A stretch of DNA of 64,000 nucleotides from Fistulifera solaris (lineage: Eukaryota), in contig AP026157.1 in assembly GCA_030295235.1 (NCBI GenBank), positions 248,001 to 312,000 of the forward strand, given 5' to 3'. Positions 35,193 through 47,958 of the stretch are shown here, one piece after another. A program made the position numbers and the translations under genes. The notes beneath the pieces are model-generated. The model had not been told where the DNA came from, ran no database searches, and was given only the letters and a program-made list of their open reading frames with translations. The number at the start of each line of letters is the position of its first letter. Within the stretch, counting starts at the first letter, position 1.

Positions 35193-35745
35193 TAGCTCAC
35201 AGTCACGTTTCAGTCACGATCTAGATTACGGCCGCCAACAAAATCATCACACGACCGCATCTCACTATCAACTGATAATGATGTTGCATATGAGATCCGC
35301 AATAGTCTTCAGATAGGGGTAGTGTTATTGGCGATGAAGAAGCAATCAAATTTACAATTTACTGCCATTTTTATGATTCTCTCGTAAAGTGTAGAGGGCA
35401 ATCATTCCTGACTGACTTAACTAGTTTTCAGTCCCGAAACGACCTAGATCGAGTTGAATGTTGATGGTGGCATAGATTCTTCCATAAGGTGCATCTGAAA
35501 ATGGATCTCAAGGAATCATATATTGTTCAACCATCTTATTTAAGAGTTCTACGTACGGCTTGATCGGGGTTCCGTTGTGCCTTATTACGGATAGATTGGA
35601 GACATGAAAGTGAATACCGTTTTGTCTTCCACGATGCGTTTCGAGATACTCGCGGGTCAACAAAAATCCTTTGTCTTTTATTATTTTTGCACGCGATTCT
35701 TATTATTTCATTCTTTTCCAGAAAACACTCGAAGCTTATATCAAA

Positions 35746-36480
35746 ATGAAGCCTTCTTGTTCGTTCTATGCCTTGCTCATCCTTGTTGTGGTAAGTCTTT
35801 TATAACGCTGCTGTGATTGCGCCGAGTAGACTCCGTCTGATGTGCCACAGGTCTCCCAAGTCCACGCTTTGCGAAACAGTAAATGGACTGAGGGTCGCAA
35901 TAGGTTCGAAAACTCCAATGGCACTACCGCCCGAGAGTTCTCGGTTGGTTGCAGAGTCGGATTCTCTCGCGAAACTCGCAATTTCCCAATGAAGCCGATG
36001 CGCTGCATGCGGACAAGGCGCAGCTGGCGTCTGAAAAGGCACAAAGTGCCTTCCAGTCTTTCAAGAGCTGGAATCAGCAAATGTCTTTTCGAGACGTATG
36101 GAAAAATTTAAAGTGTCAGGTCGCAACTTGAGAAAATGAGGGAAGAGGGAGTCTGGGAGTATGCGGATGACAGACTCGAAAAGCTCCAGGCCACGTTCGA
36201 CGATCCACATTTTCGGGAAGCAATTCAAGATCCGAAAAAGATAGAGATGGTACGGCAGATGATCGTCGGCAGTAGCGATTTCCAGAATATCAAGCTAGCA
36301 TTGAAGGAGTTGGATCAACTTTTGCACGATCCTGTCGAGTGGCGTGAAAAGATGACAAAAGTGGCAGAGTTGTGCAATGATTACCTTGATGATGAAGAGG
36401 TCAAAGCAGCTCTGGGTCAGACGCCGTCCAAGTCGTCATGGAATCCTTTTGCTCGACGAAAGAAGTCTCTCGAAAAATGA
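35746..36480 (+). CDS. Signal-peptide protein with DP-repeat (STI1-like) helical region
   Basis: Exon 1 35746-35790 (MKPSCSFYALLILVV), intron 35791-35850, then frameshifted pieces leading into FDDPHFREAIQDPKKIE...LLHDPVEWREKM. Confidence 0.5.
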
Positions 36481-36891
36481 ATTTGTTCGAATACAGTGCT
36501 TGCTAGAACCAAAAAATGTTGAGCCGAAAATTTCCCACGTACATGTATCCCTCGTTTAGCAATGTCATCTTTCATTCATTGTGAATTTTTCTTACGAGCC
36601 TTAAAAACGGCGTCATGTAGAAATAGTTCCAGCCGTCTCTCCACTTCTCGATGTACAGATCATGAACCATCATTCCAGAAAACACGAGATGCGTCAAGAC
36701 GGCAAAGAGGCAACGGCATTTGAGGCCAACGATCGAATCCGGCAAATGCGCATACTTTCCATCGTCTCACCTAGCATAGCGGACCAATACATCAGACCTT
36801 CTTCATGTATTTCATAGAAGATTCATACCATTCAACTGAAGAATGCTACTGGAGAGCCATCATTTTGGATTTCAGTCTCAAAACCGAAATC

Positions 36892-38250
36892 TCATCTCCT
36901 CGTGCTCCTTCCTGCATCCTCGTTTTTGTCATTCTGTAAACATATCATTCGACACGATCCCTGCGCATTCCAAGCACGGATCCAATATCCTTCGTTATAC
37001 GTTGGATCCACTTCCAAGCGCACCAAGGGATCCTGGAGAACGTGCGAATGAATCCATTGTCCCGTGACCAGAGAACAAAGCCGCAGTTCCGCTTTTTCCG
37101 ACACTACGTGAGGACACCACACCGCCATGTCGGTCACGGCCATGCCACGGACGGCGCCCGGAGACGCGCTACCCTCCAGCATTAATTCGTACACGAGTTG
37201 GTCTCGCCCGACGGCATAGCGATGAATCCCACCCGTTGCCGTTTGTACCAAAACAGCCTGTGGTACACAACGAATGGCCACCACCGGTCCGGTATGTTTC
37301 ACAAAGGGTGGGAGTGCGGCCGTGACCGGAGCGCGGTTCGAAACATCCCACAGGGAAACCGTACCATTCCGGTGTCCCATGACAATGCGAATCATGTTGC
37401 TTCCGCTCGAATCATCATTCCATCGATACTCTTCCAAACACAAAATATCACTGTTCATTTTCGGCATTGTATGAAGAGGACATTGCAAACGACCTTCCGA
37501 GTAGGAATACACGACGGCACCATTCGACAAGCGCAAAACATCGTACACTTCACCACGCGTATGAACACGAGCTTGATAGGTTTGCTCTTCTAAATCCATC
37601 TGATATAATATTGTTCCCTGCCCTGCCGCTTCCAAATTGAATTGGTATCGATTGTTTTCAAACATTCGCAGTGCGTAATATTGTCCGGGTGTCGTCGACG
37701 AAGAAGCAGTGGATGATTCCATGGGTTGCCATACAATTTGACCCTCTTGTAGTATCCAAGCGTTTTGTGCTGAGGAAGGTTGAAATGTTCGACACCACAA
37801 GGGAGGCAATGGTGATATGCTGGTAGGAAACCATGGGAACGCTTTTAGAGACGATTGCTTCCACACCAGACGACAAGCCCATTCATTGAGCCAAGCGTAT
37901 CGCTGATGAGCACGGACTGTCACGGGCGCCTCCAGCATCCATGGATATCTTTGTCTTTTTCTTTTTGAAACTCGAAATAAAGGTTCCGAAGCGTCTGCCT
38001 TACTTGGGTTGACATTAACTGTTACAGGAAAGTAGCCCTTCTTTTCTTCATCGTAAACATACTTTCCGACACGCAGTCGTTTCAACGAGGGTGGTTCGTT
38101 CTGTGCTGCTTGTCGTTGTCGACGCAATTGTTGTTCAATTTCCTCTTGTATAGAATGTTGTTTCTTTGATCGATGATTCGTCGGTGGGGCTTGCGTCCTT
38201 TTGTGTTTCTTCTTCTTCGTTCGCTTCGAACTGTTTGGTGGCAACGGCAT
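36892..38250 (-). CDS. WD40-like protein resembling DCAF4/WDR21
   Basis: 452-aa ORF. N-terminal YVYDEEKKGYF resembles the DCAF4 motif; also SDILCLE and MGHRNGTVSLWDV. Confidence 0.55.
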   Translation of the reverse strand: MPLPPNSSKRTKKKKHKRTQAPPTNHRSKKQHSIQEEIEQQLRRQRQAAQNEPPSLKRLRVGKYVYDEEKKGYFPVTVNVNPSKADASEPLFRVSKRKRQRYPWMLEAPVTVRAHQRYAWLNEWACRLVWKQSSLKAFPWFPTSISPLPPLWCRTFQPSSAQNAWILQEGQIVWQPMESSTASSSTTPGQYYALRMFENNRYQFNLEAAGQGTILYQMDLEEQTYQARVHTRGEVYDVLRLSNGAVVYSYSEGRLQCPLHTMPKMNSDILCLEEYRWNDDSSGSNMIRIVMGHRNGTVSLWDVSNRAPVTAALPPFVKHTGPVVAIRCVPQAVLVQTATGGIHRYAVGRDQLVYELMLEGSASPGAVRGMAVTDMAVWCPHVVSEKAELRLCSLVTGQWIHSHVLQDPLVRLEVDPTYNEGYWIRAWNAQGSCRMICLQNDKNEDAGRSTRR

Positions 38251-38632
38251 CCTTTTTCAATGTCTCTATCTATTAGTCTATGAAATGGACAGCTGTGAAG
38301 CTTCCCTGCACAACAAACAAATATCCAGCATCATCATTCTTTCGTTCGCTTCCTATTTATTTATTGTGTTTTTGCGGTGCAACGTTTCGCGACTCGAAAT
38401 ATTGAGTCCCCATTTCTTTAGGAGTACCGTATAGGTACCGGTAAGTCAGGCAACATCGCGTTCAGCGAGCAGCGAGCGAGGCCGGCACGCAGCAAAAAAG
38501 CGCTGTACAAGCAAGTACTATACTGTACTGCATTTGTGAGCGTTGAGCAACGAAGCCAATAAGCCAATTGATTCACCGGAAATTCCGATTCATTCCTTCT
38601 CTACCAGCATTTTCATTATATAATATATTACA

Positions 38633-38871
38633 ATGGGTTGCATGAATTCCAAAGACGGTGCTTTGGGCTATGTCGATGATAGCGTTCACGTCATGTTGAA
38701 GAAGGACAAGAAGGATGCGAAGAAACAGGGCCATCCGCCGACCGGATACGTTCCGCGGGCGGAGCATCCTCTTTGCACAAAAACGAAAATAATAACGATG
38801 AAACAAATGGTAATAATGAGAATAATAATGAAACATCGACAGCGAATGCAACTGAAGCAACCGCTCCGTGA
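38633..38871 (+). CDS. Small putatively N-myristoylated/palmitoylated protein
   Basis: Starts MGCMNSK. A frameshift near 38772 gives an Asn/Glu-rich tail ending ATEATAP* at 38871. Confidence 0.55.
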
Positions 38872-39254
38872 GAAAACAGCGCTACGAAACACAAGCACCC
38901 GCTTTCCTACATATGCTCACCTTCTTCGTCGAAGAAAAACGAAACTGGATCAATAACACCATTCTGTTGATACTTCCCATGTTCGAGCAACAGCAGCTCC
39001 GATTCTACGCTCGGCATGGCGTTTTCGGGGTTATATGGCGACAAACTAGAGGAACAGTTGGATGTGTATTTGTGTTTCAACTAAAAAATTACTGATAAAG
39101 TCCTGTAGCCTTATTGATTCATTCACTGAAATTTAGAAATTATTTGTCTGTCTTACACCGAAGCTACACGATGTTTCATAACAGCAACAACTTGAAGCTC
39201 CTTAGCTCTCCCGTTTCCGCACGCCGCACGCACGTTCGCTTGCCAGCCAGTCAG

Positions 39255-39692
39255 TTAGTCGTCCGTCCATGCTTGTGGTTGGCGACAAATGTAAAGCCAG
39301 TACGACATTACCCCTTTATTAGGAATTAGGACACCCGTCGTTTCTGTAAGGTTACAAGGTACGAACCAGATTGGAAGAACGTCGTTCCTTGACAACCATT
39401 TCTTGCGGGCAAACGCATCTTTCTGTTTCCGTGTCAACAGCAACAATATCTTACTCCGTATCTGGTATTTTTTGTTGTTGCCGTTGAACTCTACGCCCCC
39501 GACCATTATTTGTATATCACTCTTCTTTAAAATAGCCCCACCAATGGGACAGTCCTTGTCGAAAAACGACGATCCCTCGATCATGTCAGCGACAGTGTTC
39601 ATGTGCAATTGAAACGCGAAAAGAATGCCGCCATTCAACACGGAAAACATCCTTCGTACGGGTTTGTCGAACGGAGTCCGTTTCCAAGACAA
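39255..39692 (-). CDS. Possible hypothetical protein or gene fragment
   Basis: 145-codon stop-free stretch with protein-like composition but no clear ATG start or domain. Confidence 0.25.
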   Translation of the reverse strand: MSWKRTPFDKPVRRMFSVLNGGILFAFQLHMNTVADMIEGSSFFDKDCPIGGAILKKSDIQIMVGGVEFNGNNKKYQIRSKILLLLTRKQKDAFARKKWLSRNDVLPIWFVPCNLTETTGVLIPNKGVMSYWLYICRQPQAWTDD

Positions 39693-39869
39693 GTTGTCTG
39701 CTGTGAAGAAGAAGAAAACGATCTATTTGGTCCGCCGCAAAAACCTTTTCCACAATAACCAGAAACTTCGCGTAGAGCGTATAGTAGAAGTGTAAGCATT
39801 AGTCATGATAACAACAGAAAAGAAACGCATAGAATCAGAATATAATATTTATAGTATTTTACCGCAACT

Positions 39870-41911
39870 TTAGTTGTGTTTGGGCCGCTTCATTGCTTGG
39901 AATTGATTGTAATCGAAATTTTGCTCGGGGGGACGAAACGGCTGTGGTTGTTGATGTTGTTGAAGACCGTACTGCATCATTGCTTGGGCCATCCCCGGAG
40001 CCATACCCATACCTTGCATGTTCGGCATCATCCCCATGTTCGGCATCATACCCTGCATCGGCATCATATTGGGCATCATCAATTGCGGCTGACTCGGTGG
40101 TGGTGGTGGTGGCGGCTCGATTTTGGGACGCTTGAATGCGGTGGGTTGACCCTTGCCGTGCAGACGCTCCCAAATGCGACCAAAAAACGCCTTTTGACTT
40201 CCAAATTTCATTTTCGCGCGTTCATCGTCGTGTCCGACCCGAAGATTCTCCAAATTTTCGCGAATTTCTGGTGGACACTTGCGACACCGCATCATGTGAT
40301 TGTGCAGCACATTCAACGTTTTCGAGGTGTCCGACAAGGTCTTGATACTGGAAGGGAAAAACCGTCCGGATCCGTATCCACCAAAACAATGACGACAGGC
40401 CAGTCCGGGGAATCCCGCCGGTAAACCTTTGCGTTTCCCGAGACGATCGGCTTCGGTGAATACACAGGGCTGCATCTGACTCATTAAGTGGTAGGAAAAT
40501 GCCGTGGAGTACGGCTCATCGTCGGGTGTCACCAACGGCGCCGACTTGGACATGTCTTGTTCCGCTTGCGTGACACCATCATCGGCATCGCCTTTGCGAC
40601 CATCGGAAGTCGGGTGGTCCGTGACCGCGTTACTGTTTGACGAAAAGAGTTCTTCCGACGTTTCCTTGTCGTTCGTAGTAGTTTGTTGTTGTTCGGCCGC
40701 CGGCAAGGGCGGCGGCGTCAGAGCCGAAAACCGAATGCCGTGTTCGGCATCGACCAAACCGAAACTGAGTGCACTCTGGATCCAGTACTTTTTCGAAGTC
40801 CCACTCCGCGCATCGTCCGCTTTCAAGGTTTCGTACCGTTTCATAATGTCTTCGGGAACATTTTTGCACGAATTGAAATGCCGCTGCAACAAATTCATGC
40901 TGGCATTGTAGATGGACGAAATGTTGGTGGGATAATACGTACTGCCCCGTTCGTGCGATTTGGCCGTGTGATTGCAAAGGGACAGCGAATGCCGACTTGT
41001 CCGACTTGAATCGGTTTGCGTTTGCCCTTGGACGGTGTCGCCACATCTTCTTCTGAAGCCGAGAAGACTTCGACACAATGTCGGCGAATGAAACAATGCA
41101 GTGGTGTCAACCAATCCTTATCGGACGGCATCGCGAGTGGCATGGGTTTGGGCAACTGCGCAAAGGGTCCTTGCGAAATGGTTGGTTCGTACTGATTGTC
41201 TGACGACACGGTCGAACGGTTGGATCGATCAATGATTTGCGAATGCGAAGAACGGGCACTGACATCCCGCAACAGTTCATCGCGAACACCGGTACACACC
41301 ATTTCGTGCGCCATGGATTCTTCGTGCGAAGCAAAGGCCTTGGAATGGCAGAGACGACAAATGTACCAATTGTTGTTGTTTTGTCGAGGCGGAAACAAAG
41401 ATCCTGTCGTGGGCGTGACGCCGAGTCCGAGACTGCCTCCCAAACTCCGACGTCGTAAAAACGGTCCTTCGTAGTTACTACTTTCTTGCATGCTCGACAG
41501 CAATTGCTGTCGCTGAATTTCTAGCACTTTTTGATATTTTTCCAATTCGCGTTGCTGTTCTTGCAATTGTTGTTGTCGGGCGGCCAAACTGAGCGCCGGA
41601 TCTTCCCACAAATTGAGGGACGTGCGGCGATCTCCTCCGAAGGAGGGCAGCGTGTTGTTCCCAAATCCTTCCAAAGCATCCGCACCAGCCGTACTCCCAT
41701 TTCCCAAAAATAAGGACGAACGTCTTCTCGTCAGATCCAAAATAGCGGCATCAATGGCGGCTGTTGTCGAATCCATCGAATTGCGACGCTGAAAATCCAA
41801 ACTATTGCGACGGGCAAACATCAAATCCTCGCCCAAGGACGCCAAACTGCCACTGCGATCGATGCGTTGGGAATACGCGTTGTTTTTGTTCGCATTGTTG
41901 TTAGGATCCAT
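39870..41911 (-). CDS. Putative Zn-binding regulator with a duplicated Cys/His domain, a C2HC finger and an M/Q/P-rich tail
   Basis: Start MDPNN at 41911; frameshift near 40980. Repeat 1 QVGIRCP...YYP...QRHFNSC, repeat 2 PGLACRHC...FFP...NH..RC..CP; finger ICRLC...AHE..C. Confidence 0.75.
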
Positions 41912-42990
41912 GATTGCGATGGATCTTTCGGTTTCTATTTTGTAAAGTCCCTGCCAGTACGCAAAACCAAAAGATCCCAATACTGGTAGATCCTTTGGGC
42001 GTTGCTGTAATGCAAATCGATGAGCCTTTGGGCTTGCCTTTGGGTGTTTTTTTTCGGTTCGAGCGCTACGTAGAACTGGCGTAGAATTTGTACCAGCCAA
42101 CGTTCGGTTCGAACCTGTTTTCGAACATCCCCATCGAGCTGGACTGTGCCCTGAAACGTACAATGGAGAACCCACGATCGGAACCTTTCGTTGGAAAAGT
42201 GAAAGTACACCGACAGTTTGGCAGTTCCAAAGGAGTATCAGCTGTAAAGTAGAGAGAAACGATCATGAGTACCGGTGGAACATTTCGGATTTATACGACA
42301 CACCGTAAGTACTCTCACAATCATGGAACGGCGTTGCGCCAAGAGCGTTGCGCGTGTCGTAATTATGGAGCCCCTAAAGTAGAGAGTAGAGAGTCCGTCT
42401 TCAACGGAAAGATGCCTACGATTGGTCCTTCTGGCTTGGAACTCTTATCGAAACACCATAATTTGCGATTTTATGTTGAAAAACCAAATATTAGACTATG
42501 TATACCTTTGGCCCTAATTGTATATTTTTTAGTCTTTTTTCTGTATCGCCAGTTTGGCCAGTTTATCCCAAAAAGCAAAAAAATGCCCCTTTGTCCAATC
42601 ACGAGTCTTCATCGGTCACGATTTGCGATTCGAAAACGCCCGTTGCTCTCTTCAACGCGCGAGCCTGCTTCTATTATAGCGTGTATGAATACCGCTCCGT
42701 GTCGTCCACGTTCCTTGACAAGGAGGTTCTTCGAAGAACACCGGAGGTGGCGCCCAAATTTCTTCTTCGTACCACTTCTACATGCCTCCACGTAGATTCA
42801 AATCTTGGCCCGCGCCGGGGCGTCCTCTGTAGACTGATGTAGAGTTGTACCACGAGCCCGATTTGGTTATGCCGGGCTGGCGGCAAGTTTTGTTTTTCAT
42901 GCTCCCATCGATCGATCCGCACACATTCAGTTTTCACTTTTTTCGTCACCAACACCAACTCATTCAAATACTACTCTTCCTTTCATCACC

Positions 42991-44265
42991 ATGCCATCCT
43001 TCGACGTTATAGCCAGCCCTTCCAAGACCGGACCTCTTCTCAGTTCCGTCGAAGACGACGCGCAACAGAAATTGGCGCAATTGTCGCTGCAACCGACCAT
43101 TGTTTCGGAATCATCGAACGATGATGACGAAGTCAGTGTCGAATCATCGGCATCGTCCCATTTTTCCCGCAGTATCGGCAAGACCGAACACAAATTGGCC
43201 GAAGAACGTGGAGAACTCGCCGATGAACCCCTCTTGAAAGAGAATCCGCACCGCTTCGTGCTCTTTCCCATTCAAGACGACGAGGTACGTCCGAAGTTGT
43301 CGTGTTAACTCTATAAGCAACCAACCCACTTACAATCAACCTCTCTTTCTTTCTCTCAATCACACAGATCTGGCAAATGTACAAAAAAGCCGAAGCTTCC
43401 TTTTGGACGGCCGAAGAAATTGATCTCGCCAGTGATTTGCAAGATTGGAAACATTTGTCGAGCAACGAACGTCACTTTGTGTCGCACGTGTTGGCGTTCT
43501 TTGCCGCGTCCGACGGCATTGTGAATGAAAATTTGGCACAAAACTTTTGTACCGAAATTCAATCGCCGGAAGCCCGTTGTTTTTACGGATTCCAAATTGC
43601 CGTCGAAAACATTCACAGCGAAACCTATTCTCTTTTGATTGATACGTACATTCGCGATCCGAAAGAGAAGGATCATTTGTTGCGGGCCATTGATACGGTT
43701 CCGTGTGTACAAAAGAAGGCCCATTGGGCCTTGCAATGGTGTGACGCGAACAACGCTTCCTTTGCGGAACGCTGTGTCGCCTTTGCGGCCGTCGAAGGCA
43801 TTTTCTTTTCCGGTTCCTTTTGTGCCATTTTTGGCTCAAGAAACGGGGTCTCATGCCCGGTCTTTGCTTTTCCAACGAATTGATTAGTCGCGACGAAGGT
43901 CTGCATTGTGATTTTGCCTGTCTACTGTACACCAAGCTCGTCAATAAGTTGTCGAATGAACGCGTGACCGAAATCATTACCAACGCGGTCGATATTGAAA
44001 AGATTTTTGTTGTCGAATCGTTGCCGGTCGAATTGATTGGCATGAACAGTACACTCATGTGTCAATACATTGAATTCTGTGCCGATCGCTTGTTGGTCGC
44101 TTTGGGTTGTCCCCGTCATTACAACGTTCCCAACCCGTTCGAATGGATGGTGTCGATTTCTCTTACAGGAAAAGCCAACTTTTTGAAAAGCGGGTGAGTG
44201 ATTATGCCAAATCGGGCGTCGGTGTCACGGACAATCATTGTTTTGATCTCGATGCGGACTTTTAA
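42991..44265 (+). CDS. RNR2: Ribonucleotide reductase small subunit (class Ia R2)
   Basis: [54 protein letters not shown] and C-terminal FDLDADF*. Intron 43285-43367. Missing T in the T-runs near 43830 and 44182. Confidence 0.97.
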
Positions 44266-44681
44266 AAAAGGCATTCACACAATCATTAGAATCTGTTCAT
44301 AGCATACTTTCGTTTTTTAATGTTTCACACAATAATACTAATTTGCCGTTAGAGCTGGCTAGTTCAGTGTTGACGATTGAAGTAGACGTAAAGACAAACT
44401 CGAAGATAGAATTCTTTGTCTCTAGCTAGCTAGAGCGAAACTCGACGCTATAGATGACAAGAGACTCCTCACTTTTCACTCTAAATTTTCGGCCATTCAG
44501 TCTCGGATGGTACTCTTTGTGCGAGTCTAAAGTCGCACTGGCTTCGATGGTTGGAAGAAAAAAGAAATTACGAGGGACGAAAAAAGGACGAAACGAGAGC
44601 CGTCGTTATTGTCATTCAATTGCAACCGATTGCATGCGAGAAACTCTCTTCCTACACAATATTTCATTGGAATAGGCTATC

Positions 44682-45341
44682 ATGTTATCTTCTTTGCGGA
44701 TGATTCGAATAGTACGACATTCACGAAACGTCGTTCCGTATCGTTCGCGGTCGACATTAACGACTCCTCCGCGCACCTGGTTGCAATGGTATTCGCACAA
44801 ACTCGATACCCATCCGATTACCACCAAGTCGATCACGAGTGCCATTATTGCGGGAATCGGTGATGGGGCGTGTCAATATGGTCAGCGCAATCAGTCGAAG
44901 TGGGATGTGAATCGGACGGGTCGGTTTTTTGTGTTAGGGGGTGTCTTGGTGGGTCCCTTGATTCACCTGTGGTACGGTGTACTGGCGACGTATCTTCCCG
45001 GAACGGCCGTCACGACCGTCATAAAGCGTGTCATACTGGATCAGTTTGTGTTCACTCCCTTTTGTCTCCCCGCCTGGCTCGTGTCTTTATGGACCTTGGA
45101 ACGGACGGAATGGATCGGTCGTCCCGATGCCGACGCACGTCCTCTGTACGAAAAGTTACATCAAGAAGCTCCCGCATTGATTCAAGCCAACTGGTGTTTT
45201 TGGATCCCCGTCATGACGGTCAACTTTGGATTCACGCCCGTGAAATATCAAGTTCTATTTAGTAATGTCGCGTCCTTGTTGTGGAATGCTTACATGTCCT
45301 TTACGACGAGTCGTCGGACGATGACAGCCAAGGTATTGTAA
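44682..45341 (+). CDS. Mpv17/PMP22 family membrane protein
   Basis: WY..KL..HP..TK.ITS...GD...Q, RT.RF, DQ..F.P, ANW..W.P....NF...P..YQV, WN.Y.S. Mitochondrial-like basic N-terminus. Confidence 0.92.
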   Translation: MLSSLRMIRIVRHSRNVVPYRSRSTLTTPPRTWLQWYSHKLDTHPITTKSITSAIIAGIGDGACQYGQRNQSKWDVNRTGRFFVLGGVLVGPLIHLWYGVLATYLPGTAVTTVIKRVILDQFVFTPFCLPAWLVSLWTLERTEWIGRPDADARPLYEKLHQEAPALIQANWCFWIPVMTVNFGFTPVKYQVLFSNVASLLWNAYMSFTTSRRTMTAKVL

Positions 45342-45953
45342 ATTAATGATTTAGTAATAATAATATGGCAGAAAATTTCAGGTTTCGTTTCGGTTTGTTG
45401 GGTTGGTGTATCGTTCCGCACGACTTTGAAACAAAAAAAAACAATTGCGCTTCCGACCAAACAAAGTCGCTGTTGTCATCTCTACGCTGTTTCTTGACTT
45501 TTTTAAAAAGTTGTCTACGTTATAGATAATGTGGAAAGAATCGCTTTCCGTCTTCAATCCTCTAGTAGGTAGAAGGCGGCATAGCCTTTATGGGTATAGC
45601 TTGTTCCAGTCATGAGTACGTCGAGCTCGACCACACAAAACTTTATAGTAACTGAGACATGCAGACACGTCATCGCGCGTTTCATGACGACGAGGATCTT
45701 CCTCGAACCTTTTCTTTCTCATTTTCATCTGTTTTTATTGCCAGCGCATCATTTCGTTTTGTTCTTTTTTCGAACAAAAGGAGACGGAATCATTAGTCTA
45801 GCTAGAAGAATATCTTTCGTTCTTCATTAAACGAGGCGTCTCACCTTCTCTTCGTACCTGTTTTGCTAGTCGGGTGGGTCGATAAGAAATGAAACACGAA
45901 AAGGAATCTTTCTAACTCCGAAACGAAACTTAGACTTTATAGAACAAGCCACA

Positions 45954-46692
45954 ATGTCGTGTCATTTGCAGCGAACGAAGACTCGTTTATCATCTCTCCG
46001 GGGCAAGAGCTGGCAATATACATCCAAGAGGAATTCATCACTTCCTGTGCATCCACCCAATCGATTCCATCTGTTCTCATGGTACAACCACCAATTAAAG
46101 AAACATCCGTTACGGACCAAATCCATCACGGCCGGTCTGATTGCGGGGACCGGTGATATCGCTTGTCAGTCGATGACCGAACGGGAATGGAATGCGTCAC
46201 GCACCAGTCGATTTGTTCTCTTGGGGAGTTTGTATTCGGCACCGACGCGACACTACTTTTTTTGACTATTTGGCCCGCGCATTTCCGGGCGTGGTCCCCA
46301 AGGTCATCATGGAACGTGTGTTCTTTGCGCCCGCGTCGCTGGCCGTATGGTTGACTTCGCTGTGGACGTTGGAATCCCTCATGGACGAAGCGGCTTCTTC
46401 GAAAAGCCCCTTTATGGATAATTCTTATTATTTGGAGCAATTCATGGCCACCTACCCTCCATTGTTACAAACGAGTTGGTTGTGGTGGACACCCATCATG
46501 GCGCTCAATTTTCGCTTTGTTCCCGTCCAGTATCAAGTCTTGTGGGTGAATGTGTTCAACTTGGTCTGGAATACCTATCTTTCGTATCAGACGAGTCGGA
46601 AAGTGGACGAAGCAAGAACCAGCGAACCAAGGAACCGAGATAGATTACATGAATTGGTAGAAGTGCACATAATGTCTCATGCTCTCTATTAG
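45954..46692 (+). CDS. Second Mpv17/PMP22 paralog
   Basis: Same motifs as the first copy, split by a frameshift around the T-run at 46257-46263. Confidence 0.85.
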
Positions 46693-47416
46693 AGCAAGAA
46701 GGTGTATCTTTTGTAAATACGTGAGAGATTTATAGAGAATGAGTTAGAAACCAAGCGAATCTTCTCGGTTGAAAGGTTCTTCGGCTATAGCACCTTGGCC
46801 ACGAATCGACGCTCAATTTTCCAAAAGCTAGAATCTGCATATATTTCCGTGTGTATGACCTTTGATTTCAATCGTTCGCTTCAGCTACCTCCATTCAGTT
46901 GTCAATATCATTACCTGCAACGCATGACTCAATGCTTTTTTACTTTACTATGAATCAGAGTGTAGATGACTTTTCCACGATTGCATTTCAGTCATGAATC
47001 TTGCTTTTCGACTCGGTTACCTTTTTAGAAATCTGCCGCAACGTTTCGCATTTTCGTACCTTTCAAGGGTCGTCCCTCTTTGCTCAAAATCGCAAGCTTT
47101 CGCCAACTAATCATTACTAGAGATGTTTTTTGTGGATCATGGTCGTCGTCCTGATTTTGATTTTCCCGCGCGCGCGCAAACGATCGACGGAGTGGCGCTC
47201 GCGCACTTGTTTGCGCGCACCTTTTTCAATCACGTCAAAAACATCTCTCGCGCTGGATGGCATCGCATCGATTCATTCATTCGTTGCATCCAAAATAGAT
47301 ACTTTGCGCAGACCTCTCCGTATTGCATCCTTACACACACTGCTCTATTGTGCTATCTTGCGTCACAACAGAGAATGAAGCAACCTCCCAACAACAATAA
47401 CAATAAAAAAGACATC

Positions 47417-47795
47417 ATGGCAACAAATAGCCCTCAATAGCCTTCGATGGACGGGTTGGTTGGATCAAATGATGGTCTGTTGTACGAGTCCGTACGAAGA
47501 GGAAGAAGAAGACTATAATGACAATTATAACGATGAGGACGACGGCATTCGATACGAACGTCCGGCGACAAGCCAACAATCAAAGAGACCCGTATTGATT
47601 TTAGCGAGCAGTGAACACACAAAATCCACCGTACCGGATTTATCCATTTCCTTTTCGTCTTCGACCATGTACGATGACGACGATGATGATGACGACGACG
47701 AGAAACTAATTCAAGAGGCCCTTACGGCTGTACGAAAAGAAGAAATGGTAACGCGACTTTCGCGTTTATCGAAAACACAAGGTTACGAGTGTTGA
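47417..47795 (+). CDS. Small acidic hypothetical protein
   Basis: ORF 47460-47795, extendable to the ATG at 47417 by one indel near 47432. Confidence 0.45.
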
Positions 47796-47958
47796 GGTTT
47801 CCCAGACACCTCCAGAAAAGTTGAATTGCATTCATTCAATCAATCAATCACTTTGCACTATATCTATAATCAAACTCTTGTTTTGCTCATAGAGCCTATT
47901 CCGTTCTATTCATCTTTCAATTAATTGTTTTCTATTACACTTTTTTCTTTCAATTCGA

